From the NCBI GenBank assembly GCA_032718475.1, contig JAUCBJ010003471.1, positions 12,830 to 76,829 of the forward strand: DNA of 64,000 nucleotides, read 5' to 3'. The notes under the pieces were generated by a model. That model did not search any database and was not told the DNA's origin. It was given only the letters and a program-made list of their open reading frames with translations. The stretch comes from Nemertoderma westbladi (Eukaryota > Animalia > Xenacoelomorpha). The position numbers and the translations under genes were made by a program. Each line of letters begins with the position of its first letter. Position 1 is the first letter of the stretch. Shown here piece after piece: positions 10,737 through 25,500 of this stretch.

Positions 10737-13700
10737 CTGCAGAAAAATGGCGAATTATAACAAAACGAAGATGAGAAAAGTTCATAAAGTGATGATAAAT
10801 TGTACAAATAATATTATACAAGTAACCCAACCCACAAGGTGGCCATTGTAACTAACTGGCAACCTAAATCGATCCCAGTACCAAAAACTACTTTACATGG
10901 ATGATATGATTTTTAAGAAACAAGAAATAGTTACAAACCTGAGGTTCTCTTCATCTGATTGGCTGCCCATCTCGTCCAATCCGCGTTTTATTCTATCTCC
11001 GTCAGGGCCGTTATCTAACCCCGAACTCGAGTAGGTCGTCTTTAGCTTTACGACTTTATTCGCCGCTTGTAGGTTATACGTTTCAGGAACGACTAACGAA
11101 TAAAATAAAACGAATACTAAAATCAGGTAGTTAAACGGTCATCATTGAAACATCAGTCACGTCTTCATATGAGTCGCACTTCGCAGTTCGCACTAACAAC
11201 AGAGTCTTTAATTTAGTTCGTTTCTCTGGCGAAGTTTGTGCCTAAAGGAGGTCAATGTATTTATTCTGAGACATTCGAGATGTTATTAAACCTTTTGGTA
11301 GGGGGCGCTGAAATATGGCTAACCAGAGAAAAGTCTGAATATGAATAATACATAGGCATAAAATGCAATATAAATGATAATAACGAACTCTATTCTGGCC
11401 TGGGGAACTACAGTATGTAATTACGAGTTTTTAACGGTTTCTGTTAGGTATTTAACGATGTTGTCTATAAATTTGAGTACCGGTATGTTATATTTCAATT
11501 ATTGATAACTTGTTAGAATTTAATTATTGGTAATAATAATACGAACCTTCGGTGACGTTTAGGTTTGCGATGGCGGCCATTAGAGTTTCAACAACAACGA
11601 AAGGGCCGGTGAATGAGTCCGGAGGAGGTAGACGCCGGAGGACTCTGTAGGCCTCTTCCGGGTACGGGAAGATGCCACCGGGTACAGAGTGGAAACCGGG
11701 GGCTGTAAGGAGAGATAAAGATGAGTTGTGGGTATCTAGAATGATGAGAAACTAATTACAGCTATCTAATTGGTCATTAGTAGTAGCAGTAGTACTGTAG
11801 TCACTTACGGACATTCTTCATTGGCTTGTAAGGGACCATTTGGTTAACATCCGGAGTGGGAAATCGAGGTCCCTCAAATTCCAGTTGTCCCCCACTAGAT
11901 GGCGCCCATAATCTACTCCCAACGTTAGTGTTCCTCACATCCTAGAGTAAAGTAACAACGTATTTGGCGATACGAAAAGTCAGGTAGTTCGTGTATAAAA
12001 AGTCAGGTAGTTCGTGTATAAAAAGTCAGGTAGTTCGTGTATAAAAAGTCAGGTAGTTCGTGTATAAAAAGTCAGGTAGTTCGTGTATAAAAAGTCAGGT
12101 AGTTCGTGTATAAAAAGTCAGGTAGTTCGTGTATAAAAAGTCAGGTAGTTCGTGTATAAAAAGTCAGGTAGTTCGTGTATAAAAAGTCAGGTAGTTCGTG
12201 TATAAAAAGTCAGGTAGTTCGTGTATAAAAAGTCAGGTAGTTCGTGTATAAAAAGTCAGGTAGTTCGTGTATAAAAAGTCAGATAGTTCGTGTATAAAAA
12301 GTCAGGTAGTTCGTGTATAAAAAGTCAGGTAGTTCGTGTATAAAAAGTCAGGTAGTTCGTGTATAAAAAGTCAGGTAGTTCGTGTATAAAAAGTCAGGTA
12401 ATTCGTGTATAAAAAGTCAGATAGTTCGTGTATAAAAAGTCAGGTAGTCTATGACATCATCTGTTTTATGAACCTTCATGGTTTGAATAAATATAATAAT
12501 AAAATGTATAAAATCAGGTAGTCGATATATAAAGTCAGGTTGTCGATGTATAAAGTAACGTAGTCGGTGTATAAAGCAACGTAGACGACGAATAAAGTCA
12601 GGCAGTCTATGTATAAAGTAACGCAGTAGGTGTATAAAGTAACGCAGTAGGTGTATAAAGTAATAGTCGAAATACAAACAGTACGAATTAATGCTCTATC
12701 CTTACATCTAAAATATATACAGCGTTAACGAGTCGTGGCCAGCTGATGACTAGGTTGCATCACCGCTCGGACCCGCAGCTCAACTCCACTTCCACCATCC
12801 ACAGTCATGTAAATCCTTAATTAATATGAGTTATTGAGACCAGTGAGCAGACGCCTCAGTCTTATCAGACCAGCAGCCATAGAACATAATCACACAGAGC
12901 ATGTTGACCTGACCTACTCAGGTATAACGCCCTACTCCCCTTAGCTAGAAACTAAATAAACGTTATTCTTAAGAGAATAACGTTGCTTATGCAACCGAAT
13001 GTTGGGGGTTATGTACAACCTTACCTTGTATCCGAGGTAACGTAATTCCTGTAAGGGTAGCGGGTACAGATCCATGTACTTGTATCGGTCGATCAGTAAC
13101 AATGTATCCTTCCCATCGTACTCCTAGTAAAGTAAAAAAACAAATAATAGAAAAAAACCACGGCGCTAGTGTAACTCCAAGCCAAGGTACATCGGAGTAA
13201 CACTCTGGTATACATTTTCACCATATTGTAAATAAATTAATCCCCACACATAATTTTACTACCAATCTCGTCGAATCCTATTTTCGCTTTGGCCAGTCTA
13301 AATAATTATTTTCCTCTGCAAACCTTTTTAATATTTCGTCTCGGCGAATTTACAAATTTAAAATTAAATTCGCCCTACTTCATATGACTTATTATAGAAA
13401 CAAACCTCTTTGAATGATTCCTTTAATCTCTTCTCCACCTTTACGATGCTCGCCAAGTCGCCGCACATGCTCTCAAACTCAAGAAAACGGGCCCAAATCT
13501 CCCTGTAAGAAATAAATAAGAGTTATTATAGTCGACCGAGTCGGTAATATCAGGTAATAAATATAGTTGCCATAGGCAACAACAAGAATAGCTGGGTTGA
13601 AGTTGAAGTTTTCATTTCATTTGAATTTTATTTTGAAATTTATACTTTTTGTGAACTGCTTTTTTGCTATATTCAATTTTTTTTTCATTATTTATCACCT

Positions 13701-16386
13701 TTGTGACCTTAAATATCGACGAATTTAGAAATAATTTTAAACATATAGTGTCCGTCGGGGGGGGGGGGGGGGGGGGGGGGATAGGTTATCCCATCCACCC
13801 CCAGCATTTTACTCTACTTTGAGGTTGTCCGGAATCTTTTCCTTGTGTCCTTGTCCTCAGATTGAATTGAGATGTTCAGTTGAATACTTTTAATGCTTTG
13901 TACATAATCTGTGTAGATGACAGGTCAAATTTGAAAGAAGGTAAATCTCTGATAAAAATTGTGGGACAAAGTTGTGGAGTAGTTGCTGAATTCTTGAAAG
14001 CAATCTTGAATGTGTTAGTTATTAAAGGTTGTAACCGCCCACCCACCCACCTCCAGACTTGTTATTCACTTTAATTTTGATTTCCGCAATGGAATTCCGG
14101 GGCTTGTCAGCTACCTCAGAAGTTTCTTCGAGTCTGACTTAATATAATTATTGTGAAAACAATAAAATAGGACATGGGGTTAATATAATTGTAATTCCCC
14201 TATGCGATGCTAAATCATTAAAGGTTCCTTACAAAATTTCAACTTATCAGCTCTTTGCTGATACCCCAGAGACGCTACAAAGACCCACCTTGCAGCTTTA
14301 TAACCTCCTAGAAAGCAGTGGCCCTTCGGGCCACTGCTTTCTAGTTCACCATTCCAAACATGAATTAATTAATTCACTTAACTTAACATAACAAAACGTC
14401 ATATGATTGAGTGTTCTCTCAAACAAAAGGACTGATGCTCTTTTACTTTTCAGATATCTACACTACATACTACGTACAACATATAAGGCTCAGGTTGTAG
14501 TAGATACGTGCCAAATATCACTTCCAAAGGATTACAAATTGTAAATATATGGAAGAAGGTTAAACTGTAGAACTGCAGGTCGTTGCCTTCCTCGTAAACA
14601 CAACCTACTGTATAGTTGATTTAGTTTAGTAGGTACTTTTAGATCGCTGCCAAGAATCAAAATTGGAGGATTTCACTTTCAGACAATTCGTCCCCTAGTG
14701 GCGGACTGGAGAACTGCGGCCTGGTCAACGTCCTTCACAAAGATGTAGCCGTATGATGTACATAGTACAGTAGACCTTTGTCAATTACCAGCCTAAAAGC
14801 ATTTTTAATAAATCAATGTGAGAATGTTTGCACTTTTCAAACATTTCACACCCTGGCAGTAGATTGGAGAACTGCACACTGGTTATCGTCCTCCCCAAAC
14901 ACACAACCTATGGCCAAGTATACATTTCTCAAGTAAAAGCAAAAAAGCATTAGAAACAACGAAATGGGAAAAGGATTTCACTTGAGAGATTTCACCCTCT
15001 AGCGGCAGACTGAGAAATTGCAGATTGGTCAGAGTTCTCCACAAACACGCAGTCTAAGATGTAGTAGACCTCTGACAAGTATCAGCTTAAAAGAATAATA
15101 AACATCGAAATGGGAGAAGGTTTTCACGTTCAGACATTTCGCCCCCTAGCGGCCGAATAGAGAACTGCAGGTTGTTCGGCGTCCTCTCCAGACACACACC
15201 CTATGGTATAATACACATCTGCCAAGTATCAGCAAAAAAGCATTATAAACAATGAAATGCATGAAGGTTTTCACTTTCAGACATTGCGCCCCCTAGCGGC
15301 AGACAGAGCTATTGCAGATTGGTCAGAGTTCTCCACAAACACGCAGTCTATGATGTAGTAGACCTCTGCCAAGTATCAGCCTAAAAACATTATAAACATC
15401 GAAATGGGAGTTGGTTTTCACGTTCAGACATTTCGCCCCCTAGCGGCCGAATAGAGAACTGCAGGTTGTTCGGCGTCCTCTCCAGACACACACCCTATGG
15501 TATAATACACATCTGCCAAGTGTCAGCCTAAAAGCATTATTAATAACGAAATGGGATAAGGTTTTCACTTTCAGACATTTGCGCCCCCTAGCGGCAGACA
15601 GAGGAATTGCAGATTGGCCAGAGTTCTCCACATACACGCAGTCTATGGTGTAGTAGACCTCTGCCAAGTATCAGCAAAAACGCATTATAAACAACGAAAT
15701 AGGATAAGGTTTTCACTTTCGGATATCTCTCCCCCTAGCGGCAGACTGTGGAATTGCAGATTGGCCAGCAGTCCTCCGCAAACACGCAGCCTATGGTGTA
15801 GTAGACCTCTGCCACGTGTCAGCTAAAAGGCATTCAGAATCAACGAAATAGGATAAGGTTTTCACTTTCGGACTGTCTCGCCCCCTAGCGGCAGACTGGA
15901 GAATTGCAGCTTGATCAGTGTCCTCCCAAACACATAGTCTATGGTCAGGAACATATCTGCAAAGTATCATTTAGAACAGATTGAGTCTGATCGTGCAACT
16001 TCTGTTTATAGAGTTTCCTGCCAGCTGACCAGTAATTTGGCCGAAAATGGTTATGGAATAATAGCCCAATTTGACCACAAATACGCATTTACACATAAAT
16101 GATGCATAAAATTAGCCTCGAGATAACGATGTGTCACATCCATGTGCTCGGGGCAGTCTGCATCACGTAGATGCAGCATAATAGTCGAGACCAAATGCGT
16201 AGAGTGACAGAATGAACTGCTAGGCCTACCGCACTACCGGTACCGAATTCACGAATTGTGCATTCACGCAAACAAACGCGTAAAATAAGACTCGAGATAG
16301 CGACAGTGCACATGCTCGTGACGAGAGCTTTCGTTCGATGTATCGCGAGCTCCGATTGGTGCTTGTGTGTAGAAACGTATAGCTTG

Positions 16387-16427
<41 letters not shown>

Positions 16428-16428
16428 G

Positions 16429-16506
<78 letters not shown>

Positions 16507-19500
16507 AACACATGATATTTATATCTATAGATAGATAGGTCTAAAAGCTGCAAAATAATACACTTCTCCAAAATATTTTGGGTATCCCCATCGCCCTAGA
16601 GTGGATGCAAGGTGTACTAAATAACGTTCATGCAGCGAGCATAATGCTGAAATTAACGTGGGGATCGGCCCAGGGTTCTCTTATTTAGGATACTATTTTC
16701 ATAATATTTTCTTAGGAACATGTTATTTGCTAATTTGGTTAGGTGGATATGATAACTAAGGTTCATAGAAATATAATAAAATTTCTTTATGGATTATGTA
16801 TATTGTTCCGTTTCCATGGTAATGTGTATAACGATAATTTACCATTATGAACTCTTGTTGGATATTATAGGCTACTATTTATATCATTTGCATCCTACAT
16901 GCCTGGGTCCTCTCAATTGTCTCTAATAATTATTCACCGAAATTTAATATTCTGGAATGAAGAAACACTTTCATCATTTCAGTTTTGCTCTCTGATTATA
17001 CAGTTTTGTTTATTGGCACATATTAACCTTTATAAATCTGATTCACAAATTACGATTCATAAAATAAAACGCCGGCAAAGTTATATTATTATTTAAACTG
17101 ACAAACCGAATACAAATGGTGTTTTTTTTATAGAATTGGATATATAATTATTCATCACATTTATTATCATGGCAACGGGAATGTAAACAAATTAAATTGT
17201 TAAATATTTTGATAGTCTTTTATTCCCTTTAATCACCTAACAAATCTCATGAACATAATCTCTCGTCGTCTTGAAGTACAGGCGCGCAAAGTTTGAACTT
17301 TGCTCCCGGTTACCATGGCAACAACAAGATAAAAATTCCAGAAAGTCATTTTTTACATTTCTATGATCCTTAGCCATTATATACAACTAACCAAAATAGC
17401 ATATTATAAGAAGTTTCTAAGGAAAATTATGAAACATCTGTTATTTAGTACACCTTGAGGGGATGACATCCATTGTTTGCTTTGCTAAGTGAAACTGTTG
17501 TTTCAAACTTACAGTTGTCGTATTAACTTCATATAATTGAATAAATATAAAATGTATATTAATTTCGCAATATTTAAGAGAATAATAATAAAGCGTTCAG
17601 AACGCCGATAAGTTGACATAATGTAACAAAATTAAGTAGATTATTGTATAAAGAGGTTAGAGAGGTTAAAGAGGTATTATTCTGCATTAAAGACTTGTGT
17701 TTATGCAAACCTCCCTCGTTGCGCTCGCTCGAAACACACTCGGGTCAATAGGCTGAAAAATGCTACTTTTCACACAATGATGTATTTAGACTTTCATCAT
17801 TCTTCTTCAGTGGAATACGAAGTGAGGATGAGAATGTTAATAAGTTGGTGACAGGAACTTACTTCAAGCTCTAGCGCCTTGCAAATATATATAATATATT
17901 CTGATTAGACGTATCTACTAATCTTAACCAACTGCACCGGGATGGAATACTTTAAAATCGAAATTTGGAACAGTTACAATTGTAACCTGGCTAGAATAAT
18001 GTAAGGTAAATATTATAAAGTTGTTTTCTGTTGTCATGGTTATGTGCGAGTGAACACCATGCTGCAAAATTTGGATCCCCTTTAACGGTAATAATAACCT
18101 AAACCTGGACCAAGTACTTTTGCCACGAACGTTTACCTAAACTTACGATGCGACTTGACTACTCAGCTATTTCTAAACCAACCTCATACTTGGAACCTTA
18201 GCAAATTAAGCTTTTATCGTATTAATTAAAACGTTTCGGTGATCGATTGGATACTGAATACTGGGAGCATTCACAATAGTGGTTGGCGGCACGGGTCAAA
18301 TAAGAGCAAAGGCTGTATACATTTCGCATTAGTGCCTACGCAATCCCAGCGGTACAATGGGAACCTCGTTATAGCTTGGTGAGTAAAGAAACGTTTGGAT
18401 AGTTATGGAGTGAGTGTTCATCCGTGGGAGTTAGTGTGCAGTGCACTCTCCCTGCCATATGGGCATCAGCAAAAGAGGAACTCTCGGGTTGCCTCCAGTG
18501 CGTTTTTTATTTTCGCAGTTAATTTCGCAGTGAATATAAATAACTAAGTGACGCTCTAAGGAAATTAACATAGATTTTACATATGTACCTTTAAATACGT
18601 TTTTATAATATTAATCCATTAGACTTCGACATACGCTTAGACATTACTCTCAAATAAAAAACGAAATTTACGTGTTCGATAATCGATCGAACGACTTATA
18701 ATTAATAATAATATTACAGAAAGAACATATATTATTATTAGAATACATCTTATTATATTCACAATTATTTTCTAATGTTAAGTTTTTGCCTAAATTATGT
18801 ATAAGAAAAAAAAAATATATGAACGGCCCGCTGTGTGGTACGTTCATCACCATGGGTCAATGACCTTGGAAGGTGAGTGACCTGTATTCATAAATTTTTT
18901 CGCAAATATTTAAAAATATTTACTTGGAAAAAAAATAATCGTGAATAAAACAAGAAGTGACGTCACCAAAATACTCCCGTCTACGTAGCAGCCGAATGAT
19001 GGGTAGAAGACCCCCGTTACCATGGTAAGAAATTCAGGTGACCAATGGGGTTAAAGCAACTAGGAGTGGACTTCGTCTATCGCCATGGGAACACGTGGTT
19101 GACCAATGGGATGGATAACTCACCTAGTATCGTCTTTAATAAGATTACCGGAAGTAAGGACTCTCTCGAACAGAACTCTCGTGTTGTTATCCTCTGCGAA
19201 AACAAAAGTTAATTATAGTCAGCAACAATTATTTACCTAATTAATTTTTAAGAGGAAAATTTCTTAAATTAGTTTATTATTTCACTTTGTCGTAAACGAT
19301 TATAAATTAAATAAACAAAATCAGTGACCATGGTATTTTAAGTAAAGCATAATATTTCAATAATCTAGTAATATTGACGTAAAAATATGGCAAAACAAAT
19401 TAAAAAGATGATAAAAAATTTGAAGTTAATTGTCATAATTTTAGATTGAGAGAGAAACAACTAGTATCTCTCTATCAATGAAATTTAATTAAAATAAAAT

Positions 19501-22500
19501 AATTGCCTGAAAAAATAACGAATAACAAACAAATACACGTTGTATCAATAAACGCAGATGGATAATTTCATCCGATTTGAGCAAGGTAAATAAACAGCCT
19601 TGCTCAAGAACAATAATACTTACCATTATTACCAATGTTGACAACTTACATATCAGATCGTCGGCGCACTTCATGATTTACAACCGCTCTATTTGCTGTA
19701 ACTTACAAAACCTCTCAAGAACCATTTAGATACATTTAATTAATTAATCCTTTTCTCAATTAAAATTGTCGCTAGCGACAACAGCGTGTGCTTATAAAAT
19801 AATTCAAAGAGTGAAGATTCTTCATAATTATGAAATTATTTGATTAACATCAGTTATGGAATGGAATTTATACGTGTTGTAATCATATAACTTATTATAA
19901 TTTATAACTAAACAATAAGTTATTTTAGTTATTGTGTCGCTGAATATGAGTCAAATGAAATTTTAACCTTTCGCATCGCATCCGCATCGCATTCCCATCG
20001 CATCTCGTTTATTGTTTTGGCTAGTATTACATGCCACTGTAACCTGTTCCACCTTGGTGTAGTGGTCGCATTGAATTCACATCTCCCGTGGGTCGTGGGT
20101 TCGATCCTCACATGGGCCAGGGCAGTTTTCGTTTCGGCACGAATGCTTTAAAGGGACCAGCCAGGGCGCATCTCTGCCTTGCATCCTTAAGTGGTAGCTA
20201 AATGAGTACTGGAGTTTCCTCTGGGGAGTAAAGTTCTGGGGGGACCGCACTGGAAATAAGTCGTCAGACTTTGTGCGTAATCCCTGGCCTAGCGGCCGAA
20301 GAAAATTTACTTTTTTACTTACTTTTCCACACCCCTCAATTGATAATTATCGGGTGAATATTGCTGGTGGGCGAAAATCATCCTACAATCGCTATATCGT
20401 TACTACACAGGCAAAGTTGGCGACCGATTGGGTGCAATCCACGCATAGTCTTCGCCAAATAATTATCAATTAATGTAAAGGGACAGGTTACAGTGACATG
20501 TAATTCTAACCAAAACATTAAGCGGGAGTCACAGTACATGTTACAGATCGTTAATAAGCCGAACAATTTGTAAACAATTGATCGGGAGAAGAATGCTCTG
20601 GGCGAAGATTGGACGAGGGCGAAATTCTCTCCAGGGCGATGTTTGTAGCGAAACTGGCGACACTTTATATAGGTATTATAGATATTATTGAAAAATGTCT
20701 TTACGAGATAATTGCCTTCAAAGTTTAAACCTTCCCGCCAAAAGTGGCTCTCTGTGGTCTGGTTGGTTAATCATTTCTGGCATGAAAGAAGCATATCACC
20801 GGGCTAAAACTTTCATTATGGGTGTTTTCGGGGTCGCTGATTTCATTTCCGTTTTAAGGTTTGGTAGAATCTAGTCTGTCTGTCTTACAATTTGACTGAC
20901 AGACCATCATACAGAAAAACAGCGATAACTTGAGAACTAAACGAGGTTTCGCTAAGCGGTTTTCAGATTTGAAATCCTCATTAAATTCTGCTATAAAGTA
21001 AATAAAAAACTGACATTTGAAATTTTGACCAGGGGGGAAGGGGGGGGGGGGGGGGAATACTCCGACCTAAATTTCATCAATGATTGACATACTTATTTCG
21101 GGTTTTATCACAAGTCTTGAAACTACCGGTACCAACTGACAGACTGTGTGAATTCTTCAAATTCTTTCTAAAGCTTGACGGCCTCCTTGCGTACCAAGTT
21201 TGGCGCCCATGTGAAGAATACCAGACTTCCTGCCGTTATATTTCATTTGCAGTTACCCCCATGTGAAGAATACCAAGTTTTCACCAAAACCACAGGTTAC
21301 AGAGGGCTGAATCTAACCAAAACAATAAACGAATTAGTATATGTACAGGTTATAGGACAGAAATAAGCGCTATAAAACACTTAATAAAGATAAATTAAAA
21401 AAATAAAAAATCTTCGTATATAAAATTCCAATAAAATGTCGACCGAAATGTGAAATCCTGGTATTCTTCACATGGGCGAAGTTTGGTTAATTTCATCAAG
21501 GAATGTCTGAATTATTTGCGATCAACAATTAGACGACGACGAACTCGTTAATGGTACCCCTATGCTAAGGCTTCGCTCACATCGTGGCTCGCACCGCACC
21601 TATCTGATTGTATGACAGTCCAGAAATTATAATAATATCGGATGTGTTTGTGGCAGAAACCACGACGATTTTAAGCCAATGTTCAGATTCATTGTACTAT
21701 GCCGGTGCTGGAGCAGTAAAGTCTACATTACTTCACAATTAAATGATACAATGTCCTCTATAGTTATAATGTGGAAAATATCAACCCGTTGCTAATATTA
21801 ACGACGTAAAACGAATCGACTCGAACTGAATAGATCTTTTTTCGATCAAAAGGATAGAGTTTCCCCTAACCCAGGGATCTTAAGGACAGAGGAATGCCAA
21901 AAACGTATACATCAAATACCACGTGTCACGTGGGAGTCAGAGAATGAAATCAGTAAAGGCAGTGCGAGTGGGATTAATGGGGTTTAAAATTGACAGGATA
22001 GGTTTGAACCATAATGGAGACTCTGAGCTGTGATGACGCAGTCAGGAGGGATGGGGAGTTTCCGTTCCATCTCCGTTTCCCCAGCAGTAAACCCCCCCCC
22101 CCCCCCCCCCCCCAGCCCCCTATCGCCATTGACGAACGATTGACTGTGTCGGTGATGGGACTATAGATTACTTTATACATTCAATGGGAGTAAGGCAAAT
22201 ATAATAATAGGGTAAATTTGGTGCTAGCACCAAACTTTGAATCCTTCAAATATAACAATTGATTGTGTCATCTTGTTTCGTGCGTTATACGGGTTTGTGA
22301 AGGTTCTGAGTCCGATGGAATAAATTAAAAAGGTACTTGACATTTCGAAGTTGAATTATTTAGTCGTGGGTGCAAAATGTTGTGGTAGATTGGTTTATTT
22401 CTCACAAGACCCAACATTCCATCTAGGACGGTAATCTAACCAAACACCGATAACTTGTGTTACGGTTTCGGAGTACCTGGGGCGAGCCGTACAGGCGGAT

Positions 22501-25500
22501 TGCTATACAATGTTGTGCGGCCCCACATTACATACTTTTATAGACTTTTACGTACCACCTCATGGCTACAGAAGTGCTCACTCATCACGACTTACAAATC
22601 GTTAGACCTGTTCTAGAATATAACAGTTGTGTTTGGAACCAATTTCACAAAGTAAATACATTTTTTTGCCTAACCAACAAGCTGGAGGGAGTGCAGTGCT
22701 ACTTTACAAGACGTTTGTATGCCAGATGTAAATTAGACATGATATAGCTCAGCTCAATATAAGAGTAGAATAGATTACCTTGGTCTAGAACCACAAGAAC
22801 TTCGTATCATATAATACCATATATCATATCATATCATATCATATCATATCATATCATATCATATCATATCATATCATATCATATCATATCATATCATATC
22901 ATATCATATCATATCATATCATATCATATCATATATATACATATCATATACCGCTTTATTGGGGTTCTACTAGTCAACTGATAATTAACTCTACCCCACC
23001 CCACCCCCTCCCCACTAGTATTGCATTTATTTTCTGACTTAGGTATAACGTACCTCAAATTCCGTCCATGTTGAAAATACGAAGTTTTCACTTTCACGTT
23101 TCAATTTTATTGGAATTTCACATAGATTTTTAGTGAAAACCAAACCATGGATTCTTCATATGGTTGTGTTATGTTTCGTACCCGAGAATATATTCATAAA
23201 ATAAGCAAAGGTCTTATATCGAAGGTATTGAAAGCTCTCAATTTATTGCATAATAATCTACTCTACCGGTTAGGGCTGCAGGTCCCGTTAGGTGGCAGTG
23301 CACCGGTACTGCAGTGTACTGTATCCTACTCAGTAGTACTCAATGATTAATACCTCCACCGGTTCGCAATGACTGATAGTTTGATGGGTCACTTGGCTAC
23401 GCGTATCAAAACTGACGGTGCTGAAGTAATTTATGTAACAGGGTGTGACACAATTTCAAAGTGAAATATAACGGCAGAGAGTCTGGTATACTTCACATGG
23501 CTATTATGTTTATCAAATCATTAAGATATAACGATAATTTTCTGGTTGGGTTCTGCCTACTACCTTTAGATTTCTAAGCAGTAAATAGACGTTCTCTGAG
23601 CAATTAATCTAACAATGGAATCTATGTATATATATATAGAGCATATTCTATGTAAAAGTCATGTAAATCACATTATTAATGAGAAGGTGGATAAAATCTA
23701 TGGGTATACTGTATGAAAATGTCACTTTGTTACAAATATTAATCACTTATGGTGAAATTAAGTATAACAGCAATTAATTAAATATAACACCGGGCTTGAA
23801 CCAAGTTTTAGTTCGAAAAAATTGAACAGTCAAAATGAATGTCTCACGTGATTCATATCTACATTCTAACTTTAAAAAACCAAATTTAAAAAAAAACGGT
23901 CGATTACTTTTTGAAATAATTGAAAAAAACCGTTTTTGACCAAAAATAGCACTTTGACGCCAAATTTTCAAATATAAAAATGCAAAAGATAAAATTGAAC
24001 GCTGAAAAAGAATATCTTACCTGGTTAATATGGTCATTCTAACTACAAAAAATGAAATTAAAAAATTAACGATCGATTACTTTTTAAAAAATTGAAAATA
24101 GAACTTTTGACAAAAAATAGCATATTTAGCACCAAATTTTCAAATATGAAAATCAATAATTACAATCATATAGGTATTTATTCTTTTTCCACAAAGGTTT
24201 TCATGTAAGGCGAAAATAATGGTAATATTTTCCAGAAGAATTGGTGATATGGTATGTTATTTTTCAGTGGGTGCCGAAAATTGGGTATGGTCTGTGCACT
24301 GTGCAGCACCAAATTTTCAAATATGGAAATCAATAATTATTACCTTATAGGTATTCAAATCGTTAAAAGGGACCAAAAATGGTCATTGTTTATATGTTTA
24401 TATTAATTTTATTATGAACTTCAATAAGAAAGGATAATTAATTTTTATATTGACATTTTGGTGCTATACAACAATAATAAACAGTTATCAAATAGTGCTC
24501 TGAAATTTAAAAATTTAAATTATTGTGCAGCAGAGTTTACACCAAATTTTTTGCACCCACTAACAAATTGCATACCATAACACGCAGTCAGCTTGAAAAT
24601 ATTACCATTAAATAGCATACCATATCATCAATTCTTCTGGAAAATATTACCATTATTTTCGCCTTACATGAAAACCTTTGTAGAAAAAGAATAAATACCG
24701 ATATGATCGTAATTATTGATTTTCATATTTGAAAATTTAGTGCTAAATATGCTATTTTTGGTCAAAAGTTGTTTTTTTCAATTTTTTAAAAAGTAATCGA
24801 CCGTAAATTTTTTAATTTCATTTCTTGTAGTTAGAATGACCATATTAACCAGGTGAGATACTATTTTTCACCGTTCAATTTTATCTTTTGCATTTTTATA
24901 TTTGAAAATTTGGTGTCAACGTGCTATTTTTGGTCAAAAACGGTTTTTTTCAATTAAATCAAAAAGTAATCGACCGTTTTTTTTAAACTTGTTTTTTTAA
25001 GTTATAATGTTGATATGAATCACGTGAGATATTCATTTGGACCGTTCAATTTTTTCGAACTAAAAGTTGGTTCAAGCCCGGTGTGAGGGCCAATCCCAGC
25101 AGTATTTACATTGCACTGACGCTTTATAAGTTGAGTTAAGATGGGTCTCGCAGATATAAAGCTACATAGCTATCAATTCCAATCTGACAGATTAGTTGGC
25201 TATTTATTACGAAGTTGGTTTAGCAGCAAAATATTTCAATTACGGATTTTTAATTTATTGACAACATAAATTAAAATGGATCGGTTGATAGTCAAAATCA
25301 ATTACCATAGTGATCACCGTTGATGTCAATTTCTAATTGTATACTGCAATCACAAGCGGTATGTCCATGTCCAACGTGGCAGTATGGTTAATTAATTTTC
25401 ATTTTCGATATCCAATAGTTTACGGCTACCAATTAAAGTCATCCCAAAATTGATGAAAATTTCACCAAAAAAAATTATTTTACACCAAATTAAATATTGT

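Larger units (their letters stand above)
14308..16535 (-). mobile_element. Probable non-autonomous Helitron/Helentron-like element with internal 147-bp repeats and a microsatellite
   Basis: The minus strand starts ATCTAT...ATATAAA followed by (TGTC)n and ends in a GC hairpin plus CTAG (14308-14344). This architecture is typical of invertebrate non-autonomous rolling-circle elements. No Rep/helicase. Confidence 0.55.

Noticed and set aside
17785-17815. Minus-strand CTGAAGA...GAAA hammerhead-like core
   Set aside because: No stem II pairing and no convincing stems I/III. At most a decayed remnant.
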